Shown: one piece after another, positions 27,465 through 41,439 of the stretch
Position numbering within the stretch: position 1 is the first letter of the stretch
Layout of the letters: each line of letters begins with the position of its first letter
NCBI RefSeq assembly: GCF_009914755.1
Contig: NC_060942.1
Reading direction: 5' to 3' (one strand)
Source: the human T2T-CHM13v2.0 reference genome, Homo sapiens
DNA: 64,000 nt
Notes under the pieces: model-generated
Databases searched by the model: none
The model's input: only the letters and a program-made list of their open reading frames with translations
Told to the model about the DNA's origin: nothing
Made by a program: the position numbers and the translations under genes

Positions 27465-27930
27465 TAACCTCCAAACTGTTCTTGTTCATTCCTTGGCATA
27501 GGGTGAATTAACTTTGGGAGGAACTCAGTTTATAGTTTAAAAAAAAGATAGCCCTTTGCCAAAACAAGCCTTGCCTTGAGACTAGAGTGCCTTTGTAAGA
27601 TTAACAAATTAGCCACAACATTAGAAATTATGGTTTAGGAGTCATGTAGCTGGAGGCTACAAGATTCTGACCCTCCTGAAACTGCTCCTAAGATCAGTGC
27701 TTGAGATGTTTTGCAGACACTGCACTTGATGGATCAGCTGGCACTGCCCAGACTGATAAACTGGCTCATCAGATCTTGTAGCTCCCACCCAGGAACTGAC
27801 TCAGCACAAGAAGACCGCTTCAGCTCTCTATGATTTCATCTCTGACCTGACCAATCAGCATACCAGGCTCACTGGCTTCCCCCTACACACCAAGTTGTCC
27901 TTAAAAGCTCTGATCCCCAAATGCTTGGGT

Positions 27931-28297
27931 AATAATTCAAGTAATAATAAAATAATTACTCAAATAATTTGAATAATAATCAAATAATTATTAATTAAAT
28001 AAGTAATAATAAAATAATTACTCAAATAATTCGAGTAATAATAAAATAATTACTCAAATAATTCCAGTAATAATAAAATAATTACTCAAATAATTCGAGT
28101 AATAATAAAATAATTACTCAAATAATTCGAGTAATCAAATAATTACTCAAATAATTTGAATAATAATCAAATAATTATTAATTAAATAAGCAATAATAAA
28201 ATAATCACTCAAATAATTCGAGTAATAATAAAATAATCACTCAAATAATTCAAGTAATAATAAAACAATTACTCAAATAATTCGAGTAATAATAAAA
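27931..28297. repeat. AT-rich minisatellite, ~32-bp unit ATAATTCGAGTAATAATAAAATAATTACTCAA, with 187-bp higher-order duplication
   Basis: Unit repeats ~11 times with variants; variant block TTGAATAATAATCAAATAATTATTAATTAAATAAG at 27969 and 28156. Confidence 0.92.
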
Positions 28298-30094
28298 CTT
28301 TGGTCTCCCACACAGTCAGCTCTGTGTGAATTATTCTTTCTCTATTGCAATTCCCCTATCTTGAGAAATTACCTCTGCCTAGGCAGCAGGCAAGGTGAAC
28401 CCACTGGGCAGTTACACTACATGTGAATTAGGATGTGGCGGCCCTGGAAATGGTCTTGCCCCAAGCTTAATAAAGGTGCGTCTCCTTAAGGGTGCACTAA
28501 TTCTAAATATATCAGTAGGATTGCTGCTTACTGGCCATCTTTCTTGGAACAACCCTAGAAAAAGGGTAGCAGGTTCTCTATATCATGGAGATAAAATTTT
28601 CCTGGCTACAGCCACAGCAAGAAAAGCTACAACCCAGTGTAGACTCAGCTTGCTCATCATGTCTTGGTCATCGGATATTCAATCTAAGAGACTTACGTCG
28701 GTAAAATAGACAGAGCCACCAGCCAACACATTATACTCCCCATCAGCAGCAGGGGCAAGCTCTGACAGACTGGAAAAAAAATTCAAGCCTCATTTGTCAG
28801 GCTCCTTTTACTTCTGACATCCTTTTCCTTCTTCCCACCCCCATCAAACCCATTTCATCTTAGATTTCATTTTTAAAATATGGTTACGACATGAGTGGTT
28901 GCAGCAAAAATAACAGGGATTTGAACAAAGAAAACTGACAAAAAGTACCCTGGGACAAGTTTGCCTGAAATATAAATTGTTTTTATGCGCACAGACCAGC
29001 TTTCTTGCTGGTCTCGAGCTGTCACTTTGGGTTATTTTTATTGTAGTCACTGAGGATGTTAGCTCAAAAGCAAGCAGCTAAGAATGAATGAAGCAGGGAA
29101 GGAGAGTGGCAGTGAAAGTCCCTGGATAGCTCAGAGCCAGCCACACACACAGGGGAGTATTTCCCCAGCTCCCCTAGACCCACACACATGCCTGCTTGCA
29201 TACACACATGTATAAACATGCCCCACATCCCTACATGGTATATGCGTTCCAAAGTCTCATTTTTCTTTCCTCAAATGTATGAGATAAAGGATCAAAGCCA
29301 GAAATTTTCTGAGTTCTCAGCTGTGAACAAAGAGAGAAATCAAAATCTTTTTTCTCTCTGCAAGCTTACTTTGAGTTAAAAGAGATGGATGATGTTCAGC
29401 TCTTCACCTAAGTATCATGAACTCTCCTCTTCTGAATTTTCCTCCTCTACCTATTGGTCATCATTAGTGTGCTTTACCATTGACTGCAGGGCAGAGTGGT
29501 GCCAAACCTACTCCATTAATCAAGCAACAGATGGAGACTTAAAGCCTATGAAACTGGAAAGCTGGAATTCTTTCTTTCTATCCCCTGAGATTTATGAACA
29601 GTACCCAGAGACCAGAGTTATTGAGAGATGATCGTGTACTAATAAGCTTTAGAAATGGTGGCTCTTCCTGTGTGTTTGTGTGTAGTTTGATGTGTTTAAA
29701 CAGCTGAGCAGAAAACTGACTCTGTATTTTCCAAAGTACTTTGCAAAACATATCTTAAATATAAGCTTTGTTTAACATACCAGTGGTATTCTAATACCAG
29801 TGCCTAGTGAACACTCTTCATTCCCTGATGTGCTTTTGAATCTAACTTAGTGCTATAGCTGGGAGTGCCTGTTTAATATTTATGGAGACTCACAATGTGT
29901 TAAGTACCAAATGGGGCTGATAAGAGTAAATGTTCAAGGATGACTTCATTTTGTTTAATTCCCAGGAAGCAGGAGTGAAATGTATGCGTCACTGGTTAGG
30001 AACATGTCTCAGCAGACATTATTCTATAAGGACATTTGACTGAGGCTAACCAAAGGCTGATAGTAGTCATAGCATCCACCAAAATCAGGTATCC

Positions 30095-30375
30095 CCATTT
30101 CTTTATAAAGGCATAGATCTTAAGTGTACAGCTCTGTGGCTTTTACATGCATATATGCACCTGAGTAACCACACCCAGTGAAGACCGGGAGAGTATTTAT
30201 CACCATATAAGTTGTCTTATGCCCTTTTCCTGCCACTTCCTCCCACTTCCCATACCTAAACCCTTTCTCAGTTCTATAACTATAGATTTGCTTTGTTGAT
30301 TTATGAACTTCATATAAATAGAATCAATCAGTATATGGTTATGTGTGTCTGCTTTCATTCACTCAATATGTTTTT
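30095..30375 (-). mobile_element. L1MB/L1ME 3' UTR fragment
   Basis: ATCTTAAGTGTACAGCTC...GAACTTCATATAAATAGAATCA..CAGTATATG..CTTTCATTCACTCAATATGTTT. Confidence 0.75.
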
Positions 30376-30421
30376 AACAACAACAACAAATAATAACATG
30401 GGAATTCCTTTATTCCTTTGA

Positions 30422-30619
<198 letters not shown>

Positions 30620-31989
30620 TGATCCACGGATTCTCTTCTTTGTCCATGCAGTTTTATGTTCCTACACCCTTCCGCATGCTATATTTCATTTCTTTATTGT
30701 TATTTGTAGAAAATATTCGATTTCATGGTCTGCAGTTGCTCCAAGTTGCACTTTATGGCGTCTTGATCAGTTCTTGCATATAGTTGAAATACTGAAGCAT
30801 CCTCCATCAGCTTTTGATTGCCAGCTCTCAGATACCTAGGGAATGTCTTCATTTCTCGTGGTCCGTTGCCCTGAGGTCGCTCTGTTTCCTGAGAAAAGAA
30901 TAGGTAGAATTACGTAGATCACATTGTGTCTGCCTAAGGGAAACTACTTCCAAGTTAAGTACTACTTCCATAGTTGAGTGCCACCTAAAAAGTATGTCTA
31001 CTCCTGTGCAAAAGTCATTTTTAAAAAAATTATATTCTCTCAGTGTGTTGAAATCCACATCCTTCCCATCATTTTTACCTTTGACTTTGCTGTCAGGCCT
31101 ATTTTGGTGGGTAAACATGCTTGGATGACTTTGTAAGATTTTTGGATAAGCTACAACTGTGCTGAAGAAGTGGGGTGGTAACTAGGTCTTTTGGTGGGTG
31201 AGCTGACACTTTGCAATTCACATCAACATCCATCAGATTCTGTGCTCACAGCAACATGCCTCTGTGCAGAATTCAGTTGTGCACCGAGTCTGAAAAGTCG
31301 TACCAACTGATACTCCCTGGGGAACCTTCCGATCTGCTTTATGGATATCATGCAAACTTGCTCTCAGGCCTTTGAAATCATCCTGAATTCTAGAACTATC
31401 TTTTCTCCACTGCACTAAGAGAAAGGTGCCTTAAGGCTCATGGACTCGTATCACACTATGAATCACCGCTTTGGTGGCCAGTCAAGTAGCAACATCTAAA
31501 ATGATCCTTGCATACATCTCGGAAGGATAGTCAAGACTCATGTTTATTCAGATGCTCAGTACTTGCACAGGAAATTTTATCTCGCATTTTCTTGACTTTA
31601 TAAGTATTTCCATGCACATCCTTGTTTATGCTACTTGGATTTAGCCTGGGCTGAACTGTCAAAAGCAATTCAACAAGAAGACCAGCACTCTATCTTTAGC
31701 ATGAAGAAGTAACAATTGTTAAGCTTTAAAGATAATTTAATGTGCTAAGAGGAAGCAAAGGCAATGGTGTTTGCAATACAAATTCAGTGTAAACATGGTT
31801 TTTCATTCCCACCTCTTGGGATAAAGTGGTAGAGATGCTAGAAAACCTGAAGCATGCTTATAGGGTAAATGTCATAACCTGTTCAAAAGCCTTTCAAGAA
31901 ATACAGAGTGTGATCCCCAGCTTTGGGAAACTCTGGTATCTAAACAGAGTCTCTGATTCTTTTTGTTCTTCCTTTATTTTCTCAGTAAC

Positions 31990-32115
31990 CTCTATCCCTC
32001 CCTCCTCCCTCCCTCCCTCTGCCTCTCCCTCCTTCTCTCTCCCTTTCACTCTTCCTCCCTCCTCCTCTCTGCTGCTTTCTTTCTTTTCCTTTCTTCTTCA
32101 CTTTATTTCTTTCAT
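31990..32115. repeat. CT-rich low-complexity polypyrimidine tract
   Basis: CCCTCCCTCCTCCCTCCCTCC...TTCTTCTTTTCCTTTCTTCTT. Confidence 0.85.
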
Positions 32116-32299
32116 TATTTGGGTGTACCTAGTGTGTACCAAGTATCTTTCCAGCCTTTGTCAATGATCACATTGTCATTGGTCATAAGACAAAGATCCA
32201 GTCCTCATGGAACCTGCTTTTCCCTCTCTTTTCCTTCTTCTGCTTTTTCTCTCTTTCTGATTGATTTCATGCCATGCCATTGAACTAAAACTAGAGTAG

Positions 32300-32544
32300 C
32301 TAGTAGTAGAGATAGAGAAGCTATCTTTCTTGATGTTTACATTTCAAAAAGCTGTTTCCCAGGTCTTTGAGAAAGACATTCTGACAAGAGACTGGGAGAA
32401 GATTTCAGAGACAGAGAAAGAATTTGCAATTATACGTTTCCTAAAGTAAATTATATAAGAAAAGAAGGGTCAGGGTCCTATAGTCAGGAAGAAACCTGTC
32501 TAAAATTTATTCAAGGTGAAGGACTATTAAGGCTGTATTGGTCA
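32300..32544 (-). mobile_element. MER67-type ERV1 LTR fragment
   Basis: Minus strand starts TGACCAATACAGCCTTAAT...TTTAGACAGGTTTCTTCCTGACTATAGGACCCTGACC, as in recalled MER67 consensus. Confidence 0.65.
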
Positions 32545-33719
32545 ATAGTCATCCATTTAATTTGAGTTCTTGATCTGCTTCCTTAAATGCCTGTTGGTTT
32601 CGTGAGGAAGGAATATATCTTTAGTTTCTCCTTTCCCTGGGAGTGGTTGTGCTTTCCTCTCTGCTTACCATCCTCCTGCCCTTCTCGCTTAGTGCACCTT
32701 CAGTTTCCCTTAGGAACGCACTCTACATCCTGCCAAGCTCATCTCAAAGGGTCCATGGATTTATCAGTTCATCCCTCACCTGACTTTCTTTGTAAAATAA
32801 TGTGAAGCAGCCCAATCTCATGACTTCCAGCCTTTAGAGAGTCTGAATTTAGCTTATAGTTTCCTAGAAAACAAAGACCATGTTGTGATTGAGCGCTGAT
32901 TTGAATAGATAAATGGGTTGGTGAGCCTCCCTTTGCCCCAGCAAAGAAGCACTCATTCCCTGACTCAGTGACAAGTCAGCTGACAATGAGAAATGAAGAT
33001 AATGGGGATATGTGCCTGTCTAAACAATAGACGGCAGAGCAGTCTGTTCCTAGGCATTCTTTGAAATCTGAATATTCAGTGTGTGCATATGTTAAATGTC
33101 AAGTATAATTCACTCAAAATTTCAGCTCCAAAGAAAACAAAAAAGCAAGCGTTGGAATCTACAGGAAACAATGGGGAAGGTAACTTATTGAGGTAAGGAG
33201 ACTCTGGAAGACTTGAAGTTTGAGGAAAGTAAAAGTGTTAAATGTATAAACAAAGACAAGGCAAGTTCCTATAAACATAAACCAAACTGAGAACAACGTC
33301 TAAAGAACCTGTAGAAAAGGATCTTGCAGTGGCCAAGGATCGAAGCCTGTGCAGAAATAAAGTTTAGTTCAACTGAATAGGTCTCAGACCCAGAGATCCT
33401 TGTGACCTTCATCATAGAGGAAGCTGTAAATCTGTAGTGTTTTGTGATTCTAAGGAGGAGTTACTTGCCTAATCATGAGGAGAAAAAAAGGAAAAACAAT
33501 TGACAGAAGCTCATGGAGGAAGTCTACTAACAAAAACTTTAGCTAGTACTGAGGGAAGGGAAGCAGAAAAAGTACGCTTGCAGCACTAGACTCCATTTAT
33601 CTTATTTAGCAGGAACCTTGAGTTCTCAGGTAGGAGTTCAATGGCTGGGTTAATGGGAGGAACAAATTGTTGATTTATAGTGCATGTGCTTTGCAAAAAT
33701 AGAATAACTGTTGACCTGT

Positions 33720-34094
33720 TGTCTTAGTGAGTTCAGGCTGTTTTAACAAAATAGCCATAGGCTGGGTGGCTTAACCCACAGAAATTTATTTCTCACAAGT
33801 CTTAGAGGCTGAGAAGTCAGAGATCAAGGCACCAACATGGTCAGTTTTTGGTGAGGGCACTCTTTGTGGCTTTAGATGGCCAGCCACATTCTCAGTGTGT
33901 CCTCATATGAGGGAGAGAGAGCAAACTCTAGTTTTTTCTTCTCCTTACATGAACATTAATCCCATCGTGGCGGCCCCAACCTCATGAGCTCATCCGAAAT
34001 GAATTCCTTTCCAAAGGCACCACTTCCAAATCACATTGAGGGGAGAGCTTCAACACAGGTCTTTTGGAAAGACACACACATTCAGTCCATACCA
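33720..34094 (-). mobile_element. MLT1A0-type MaLR solo LTR
   Basis: TGTCTTAGT..CAGGCTG..TAACAAAAT..CATAGGCTGGGTGGCTTAA ... ACATTCAGTCCATACCA; exact TSD CCTGT. Confidence 0.9.
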
Positions 34095-34377
34095 CCTGTT
34101 AAAGTAAGCACAATAGGCTAATCTATTGAATTAGGTGGCCGGGGCCCAGGCATTCTCTTGCTGTCAGGAATAAATGGTGGTGGAAACAGTCATTCTTTAA
34201 TGACGCTTCTTTCTTGTTCATCATGGGTGGGGAGAGGGTTGGGGGTTGCTCAGTTCAGGTCATCACATCTGCTCACATTATGTTGAAACCCTTTTTGCCT
34301 TTGATAATGTGTTTCTCGGATATCCCTGTGTAGTTTCTTGACTTTTCAGTGACTCTTAATTATAAAAACAGTGTATC

Positions 34378-34688
<311 letters not shown>

Positions 34689-35569
34689 ACAGTGTATCTT
34701 GGCCATGAATATTTACATCCATTCCTTTAAAAACTTTAAACTCAAAGCTTTTGTCCTTTCTCTGCAGAGGTCAGATTTGTGGATCTTGCTGACAGCTGTT
34801 GGAAGGTGGTAATGTGGAATTCTCTTCTCTGTCACAGCCATTTGATTGGGATGAAGAGGAGAGAAAAACAAAAATAAATGTATTTGTGCCTCAATACAGT
34901 GAGTGCCTGTTCTCTTCTGGGCTGGCTACATTTGCTCTGCCTCTGTGTGATCAGCCCTACTTCGCTGGTGATGAGATGTTTGTCCCCTCTCTCCTGGGTG
35001 GGGTTTACTTTTCTAACACTGAGAGGCCAAGCCCTTGCTCCTGGGGTCTTATATTATTCAGCTCTCTTGGGAGCTACTTTTGAGGACTTTGAGCCTCTCT
35101 GCCTTTTCTAGGTTTTTTTTTTTTATCTAAATTAAGCACTCTCTTAGCATTTGCTCTCTACTCTCCATCTTCCCAGACCCTGCCCTCACTCCCTGATGCA
35201 TCTAGATTGGAGCATGTGCTCTGCCGGTTCTGTGACTCACAATTTTCAGGCAAGAAACAAATGATCTGTTGCTTACACAGTGGGAATAGTTTGGGCACCC
35301 GTTCATCTACAAGGAGAGGGAGAAATACTCCTATTTGGTGTTCCATAAACTCTAATATTCACTCAAAATACAAACTCTTGGAATCACCCCAAGACTCTGT
35401 AATAGGACCCAGTGGTGGATATTCAGAGGGCTGGAGCAGCAGGACTGTAACAGCTGCTTTGCTAAAACGGCACCTTCAGGAACTGTTGTGAAGATTATGG
35501 AATGAGGGATGTTTTGCAACCATACCTCCTTTTATTCTCACCTGTGGTCTCTGGTTGACAATTAATGGA

Positions 35570-35745
35570 AAATATATCTTATAATATATGGAAAGTATAT
35601 ATTTGTATATATTTTTAAATAATATATGTATATATTTTATAATATATACTATATATGTATATATTTTTATAATGTGTATATATATGAGAATGTGGAAAGT
35701 ATACATATGTGTATATATAATATACAGAAATATATTTACTATTTT
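35570..35745. repeat. AT-rich/(TA)n low-complexity tract
   Basis: Degenerate TATATG/TATA repeats. Confidence 0.85.
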
Positions 35746-36014
35746 TACTTTAAAGGCAATCTATGCTTCCATGATTATAGCTGGTATATGTAGGGGCTAG
35801 AGTGTAAGAATTTTATATTGATAGAAGCATTGTTGCTGTAAATACAAGCTACTATTTTGCTGGTTTAAAGTATTAGTTTCTACACACTCCGTGATGTATT
35901 TTTGACAACTTAGACAAATTTCACAGTGAACTTTGAGGACTCTAGATACGAGTGTTTCATGTTTTTCTGTGAGGCATTGATTGATGGCTCCTAAAAATAG
36001 AATACTAAGGAGAG

Positions 36015-36205
36015 GAGATGTCAGAAGTCATCCAGACTAGTCCCCTGCTTTTAAGTGCTTAAATTGAGACTGATTGCAGTCTAAACTTCTCCTTCTTCTT
36101 TAAAATCCCTCTATAATGGAGCCCCCACAATCTTCTTTGGTGTTGGTTCACTCGAGCATTTTTTTCTAATATCTAATTCAAATCTTTCCTCCTGTGGTGC
36201 AAACT
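36015..36205 (-). mobile_element. L3/CR1 fragment
   Basis: GAAGTCATCCAGACTAGTCCCCTGC and TTTTTCTAATATCTAATTCAAATCTTTCCTCCTGT resemble the CR1/L3 3' region. Confidence 0.5.
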
Positions 36206-37220
36206 TACTTTTTATTTTTATTTTATTTATTTATTTGCAGTTTTAGCTCACAGTCTATTGCTGCAGCTCTTTGACTTTTCCTTTATATTTGATATCAGTG
36301 GGGGATAAAAGTAAACATCTGAATTCCCCTCTGACCTAATATTGTGCCCAGAGGCCTCAGGCAGCTTCTAAACCCTGTGGAAACTCAGGGAGAATGGCAG
36401 AGGGCTGGAAGGCCGACGGCTCCCTCGTCCCTCCAGAGCCATGGAAGGAAAAAGGGAAAATTGCATGGGAGGGGAGGAAAAGGGAATAGAAAGAGGCAGA
36501 AGGGCACACAAGGAGAAAGCAATGGAGTACGTGAAGTCTGAAGACCCTGTGAAGAGGCTGTCCTGCAGTAAGACCAGCATTTCTTCCCCTTTAGGTAGAA
36601 AGTGCTGCCTGGGACCGAAACTACCTGAAACTTCCACAGCACCTCGCTGCCCACACCCCTTCCTAACTCATTGAGTGATATATCCTAATCATCCTTTCCC
36701 AAAGAAGAGATACTAGTCGTAGGCAGCCCGTCTGCTGGCCTTTTTCACAGGTAGTGTTACGGACAATGCATGTTTAATGTATGGAGAGCAGAGAGAGAAA
36801 AGAATGGGACCTATTGGAGACTGTAGTGGAGAAGCAGGCTGAGTATATGAAGGGGAGGTATGGGGTGAAAGATTAAAATAGGGTTTGAAAGGACAACATC
36901 TTTGATATGTGAATATGAGTAAAGAGAACTTATAACTTACAGATCAAATTATTTTTTGGTAGCCTTACCTAGTTTTGGTGATTTAAAAAAGGGTCATTAA
37001 TATTCTTCTATTGAGTTAATAGAAAGTTTTAACATTGTATTTTTAATATCTTAATACAACTACCTACTTTCTCTCTGGCAAGCTAAGATGCATTTATGTC
37101 AGCCCAACATGGAAATGTGATTACATTTGCTTCAAAAAAACCAAAAAAAAACCAAAAAACTCACATGGCTGAATAGTGCCCCATCGTTCTTTTCTTTCCT
37201 TTTTTTCTACTTCTCTTTCT

Positions 37221-37245
37221 TGTGCGTGTGTGTGTGTGTGTGTGT
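37221..37245. repeat. (TG)n microsatellite
   Basis: Read directly. Confidence 0.88.
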
Positions 37246-38939
37246 TTCATTCTGCCAATGTTATTTCCTTAATAGAAGGAAAGCTGAATATTAAGAAGAA
37301 ATGACCATTTCTTCACCATTTAATAGTTTAGAATCATGTATACCTAATGAAAGAACTAAGCTAGATTACTTTCCCTAAAATTGTAACTTTATACCCCAAG
37401 TTCTTTTTTTTTGTATTAAAGATAAAAGAGGCTAGAGCAAGGAACCCCTAGTGTATTAAACTTTTATTATTTCCAGACAAGGCAAAATTACAACTCTGAT
37501 TTCTATTGCACTAGGGAGAATTTAAGACCTCTATACCTACATTTTTAAAAGGTTAGGAAGAACTGTACACAGCTGACATTTCAGTGTATGATCAAAGTGT
37601 TCCTCAATCTTAAATATATATTTTAAATGTGTTAGACACACCATCACCTGCTCACTGTAGCATATAAACTTTCCCACATACCACCTGACATTTCCTGACC
37701 GAGTGATTTCATTGTTCAGTGTGTCCTACTTTCTGCTTGTCAAGCTACTCTATTTAGCATGATGTCTGTCTAAGAAGGACCTATTTCACACTGGTAACAG
37801 ATTATATCTGTGCTTCTCTTTCAGATTCCCTATCATTTTTAGATATTTTAAGTGATTATCATCACCCTTTCTTTGGTGGCCTAAAAGGGGGGCAAGAATC
37901 CAATTTTTGCAACATCCTAAGTTTAGCACAACAAATGGCAATATTTTCTGCCATATTGTACCTGGTCTGACAGTGTATTTGAAAATTCTGGGAATTAACT
38001 GTGATGTGCAATAACTAGTGGTGCTTTTGTTTCCAAATCAAGTTGTCAAAATCAGCAAGGAGTATCTAAGAGACAGGAAAAAATGCTGTAAGGAAGGAGA
38101 TCACAAGGTCGTGTGTGTTTTTAAAAATCTATGTAGCCCGGATGATTTCGGGTAAATGCACTAATAATCTCTTTGTGAATTTAAGATATCAAAACAATAT
38201 GATGGGCTGAGACTGCTGGAGACTTAGATGCATAGAAATCCCACAATTCTTATGGAGTAAGTATCATTTTATATACAGACTTCTTTCTTTTGGTGAAATA
38301 ATTTTAAAAAATTGTGAAATAATGTAGGCACAAATGTCTTAGGTATTGTTTCTTTTCCAGGGTGAGGTTATTTTGCTTAAATTGCACATGAATTGTTGAA
38401 CATTATTTCAATGATTTCTATTCTATTTTATGGTAAGTCAAATGATACCTTTTTTTTTTTTCTTAACTTGTGACAGATAGGCAGCTCAATTGAGGAAGCA
38501 CCACTAAGAAGAGTGTACTGTTTGTTGGAAAGAATCACTGAGGAAAATAGTGGAAAATCGAGAACCCTAGAGAGGGGCCCATGTGTCATGTGCAGCCACT
38601 ACTGAGCTCTAAGAAGCCTAGCTTCTCTTTGCTTTCTTCTTTCTCCCTCACCTGGAAGCCCAATGTTCAGTTTAGGAAAAGGGAAATTTACTTCAGCAAA
38701 CATTTACTAAGGGGCTGCCCTGTAAAAACACAGTTATAGTTTTTATGTGGCTAAGAGACAGTTTACTGAGCTGCAGGCATTATCTACAGAGCCTAAAATC
38801 TAGGATATTCCTTATATTTTACATATGCATGTGCAGACATATGCTCATGGGTTATATGCAAACAACCACACATTTGTACTAAAGCATTAAATAAGGTTAA
38901 TAAAAGAAGAACACACATTCATTTTGCTTTGAAAACGGT

Positions 38940-41060
38940 CCTAGGTTTATCCTGCTTCTTGTTCCCTGTTTCTAGCAGTGGATTGTGGAATACAAAGACT
39001 GGCATCTAATTGTGGGTACAGGAAGCACAAATCCCTCCAAGTGAGTCAATAAAAATGATGATGAGAGGGCCCCCCTCATAATTTTTCTCCTTGTTCGTTG
39101 ATCCTCTATATTTTAACTTTTGAGGGATATGGAGTCAGTATAATATGGTTTATTTAATCTATACTATGTCTTAAACTGTAGCATCTCAACCCCTCAGGGT
39201 ATTAACTCTTGAGCTGAGCTGTGAGAGGCCATTCCAATGTTTTTAGAGACCAGCAGCTTCGGCATAATACAGTGTGTATTAGTCCATTCTCACGCTGCTA
39301 TAAGGACATACCCGAGACTGGGTAATTTATAACGGAAAGAGGTTTAATGGACTCACAGTTCCACATGGCTGGGGATGCCTCACAATCATGGCAGGAGGCA
39401 AAGGAGGGGCAAAGGCACATCTTACCTGGTGGCAGGCAAGAGAGCTTGTGCAGGGGAATTGCCCTTTATAAAACCATCGGATCTTGTGAGACTTATTCAC
39501 TATCATGAGAATAGCACGGGAAGGACCTACCCATGATTCCGTTACCACCCACCAGCTTCCTCCCACAACACGTGGGGATTATGGGAGCTACAATTCAAGA
39601 TGAGATTTGGGTGGGGACAAAGCCAAACCATATTACAGTGCATAAGAAAACTAAAGGATCACATGTTCATGTGGCCATTATCACTTCTTTGGTATAAAGT
39701 GGGCTCTTGGTCTTAGGGTATAATTTGCAGTATCTGATATCAAGAAATCACATAGTTTTTGAGCCCTTGCAGAGACACTGCAGACTTGGGGGGGCGGGAG
39801 GAAAAAAAACCCTAGCAAGAATGCATCAGCATCCCCCTCCAGGGTGGAAGGGGCTCTTGTAATCAATTTGCTACCAAGTGGCTGATTGGTCTCCTTGAGG
39901 ACTCAAAATTAGTCTCTGCTGATTACAGGTCATATATTCATCAGTGGCAGAGGCTTCGGAGACAGACAGCTCATCTCCATCAAGCCATACATAGCCTCCA
40001 CACTGCCCCTGTGACGATTCCATCCCTGGGTCCTGGAGTGACTGAGGATAGAGGTCAGCTGATGTCACTGGATGGATAACTTTGTGTTTTCTGATTGTTC
40101 AGTTTTCATTTGTGGCAAGTGTTCTCTGGACATTGATGTGAGACCTTAAGATCTACACACTTTGCACCAAACCCCGTGGGTCCATTCAATGGCCTCTTCC
40201 ACAGGCATCCTTGTCCTTGCTCTTACAATATGCCTCCTTTGATGATGCCTCTCACTTTCCAAAATGTTTGCTTTTGGCCAGGAGTTTGTATATATCCTTA
40301 CCTCAGACCATTTCTTCCTCTATCCAAAGTTGATGCTAAGAGTACTCCTCCAGACTCTGCCCACAGGGCCGGTTTCCCCTCGCCAGTGTGGTTCAGAGTT
40401 ACCAGTGGACTTGTAGTTTCACAACTCTCCACTATTGGTCTGATACAGTATTTCAAGCTCACCCTTCTGTGAATAAGGTTCAGAGTGCTTTTCCTCTTTC
40501 TATCAGATAGCTGTAGGACACTCTCCCCTCCCCCACCTTCCTGTTGTTTTTTTTTTTTTTCCACCTGAGGCCATTGAAGTAAACTAAGAGAAAAATGTCA
40601 GTTTAAAAGAAGTAGATAATATTTGATTTGGGACACTGGTTTAATGTTTGTACTCTGTGAACCTGCATGGCCCAAATTTAGAAATTTCTATTGTCTGTGA
40701 CATACTGGTACACCTGCTTTGTCTTGTGATTCTGTGGCTACAACAGGTCCTATCTCATGACAAGCATGTCCTAGTGTACAGTCTCGTAGTGCCCCATGTT
40801 TCCATCTGAGTCTGTCAGAACCTGGTGGCACATGCTATGGAGACATTTGTGCATAGTGAATAGTTCCGTGCTGCAGAAGGCGTGGGCTTGCCCTGGAACC
40901 CTGGAGTTCTACATTACAACTTTTGTTGTGGGTCTTGACAAAAAACCCCACCTAGTGTCCTTGTCTATCATAGATTCTTCTTGAACCATTGACTCTGCCA
41001 CATCCCGTAACTCATGCTGGAGGGCCACATGTGGCCATGCTGGTGCCACAGTATGAACCT
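38940..41060 (-). mobile_element. Decayed ERVL-class internal (pol: RNase H/integrase) segment
   Basis: ORF 39871-40068 (GGYVW..C.QQRLILSPQGDQSATW*) parallels HERV-L integrase GGYAW..CQQQRPTLSP..GDQPATWWQVD. Downstream GACCAAGAGCCCACTTT (DQGTHF-like) and GAAGCTGCTGGTCT..TGGAATGGCCT (EAAGL..WNGL-like). Upper boundary uncertain. Confidence 0.75.
39275..39635 (-). mobile_element. THE1C-type MaLR solo LTR nested in ERVL pol
   Basis: TGTATTAGTCCATTCTCACGCTGCTATAAGGACATACCCGAGACTGGG...GGGGACAAAGCCAAACCATATTA; exact TSD CAGTG. Confidence 0.93.
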
Positions 41061-41439
41061 ATTAGGAATCCTTTCTTGGTCTGGATCCTGCTCAAAATTT
41101 GCAGCCTTCTGAGTCCTCCAACACATGAGTCAGAGCTCTGTGCCTAAGTAATGTATCTTGTCTTCAAAATCTAAAGATAGTTACCAAGCAATGTGACTCT
41201 TAACGGTAATAGGTATACTGTAATTAATTTCCCTTATCCTTGGACATGCCCCCAATCACTGAACCCCTAAAATTCTCATTAATGTAGCAGGCCCAGGATT
41301 CTTTAAAGGTCTGTCTTTTATCCTCTGGTGTATCTTCTAGCAAACACAGAGACCCAGAGAGTTTGCTCACTTTGCTTCATTAACATGATGTCAACAATGC
41401 AGTGAACTGCACTGCAAGATACAGAGGCAGTCAAGCTCA

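Noticed and set aside
27931-28297. Regularly spaced partly palindromic ~32-bp repeats, superficially CRISPR-like
   Set aside because: No unique spacers, eukaryotic context and no cas genes; it is a tandem minisatellite inside LTR8.
31233-31415. Cys-rich 60-aa minus-strand ORF behind an acceptor-like CCTTTCTCTTAG
   Set aside because: No recognisable protein family, stop codon soon after and no partner exons.
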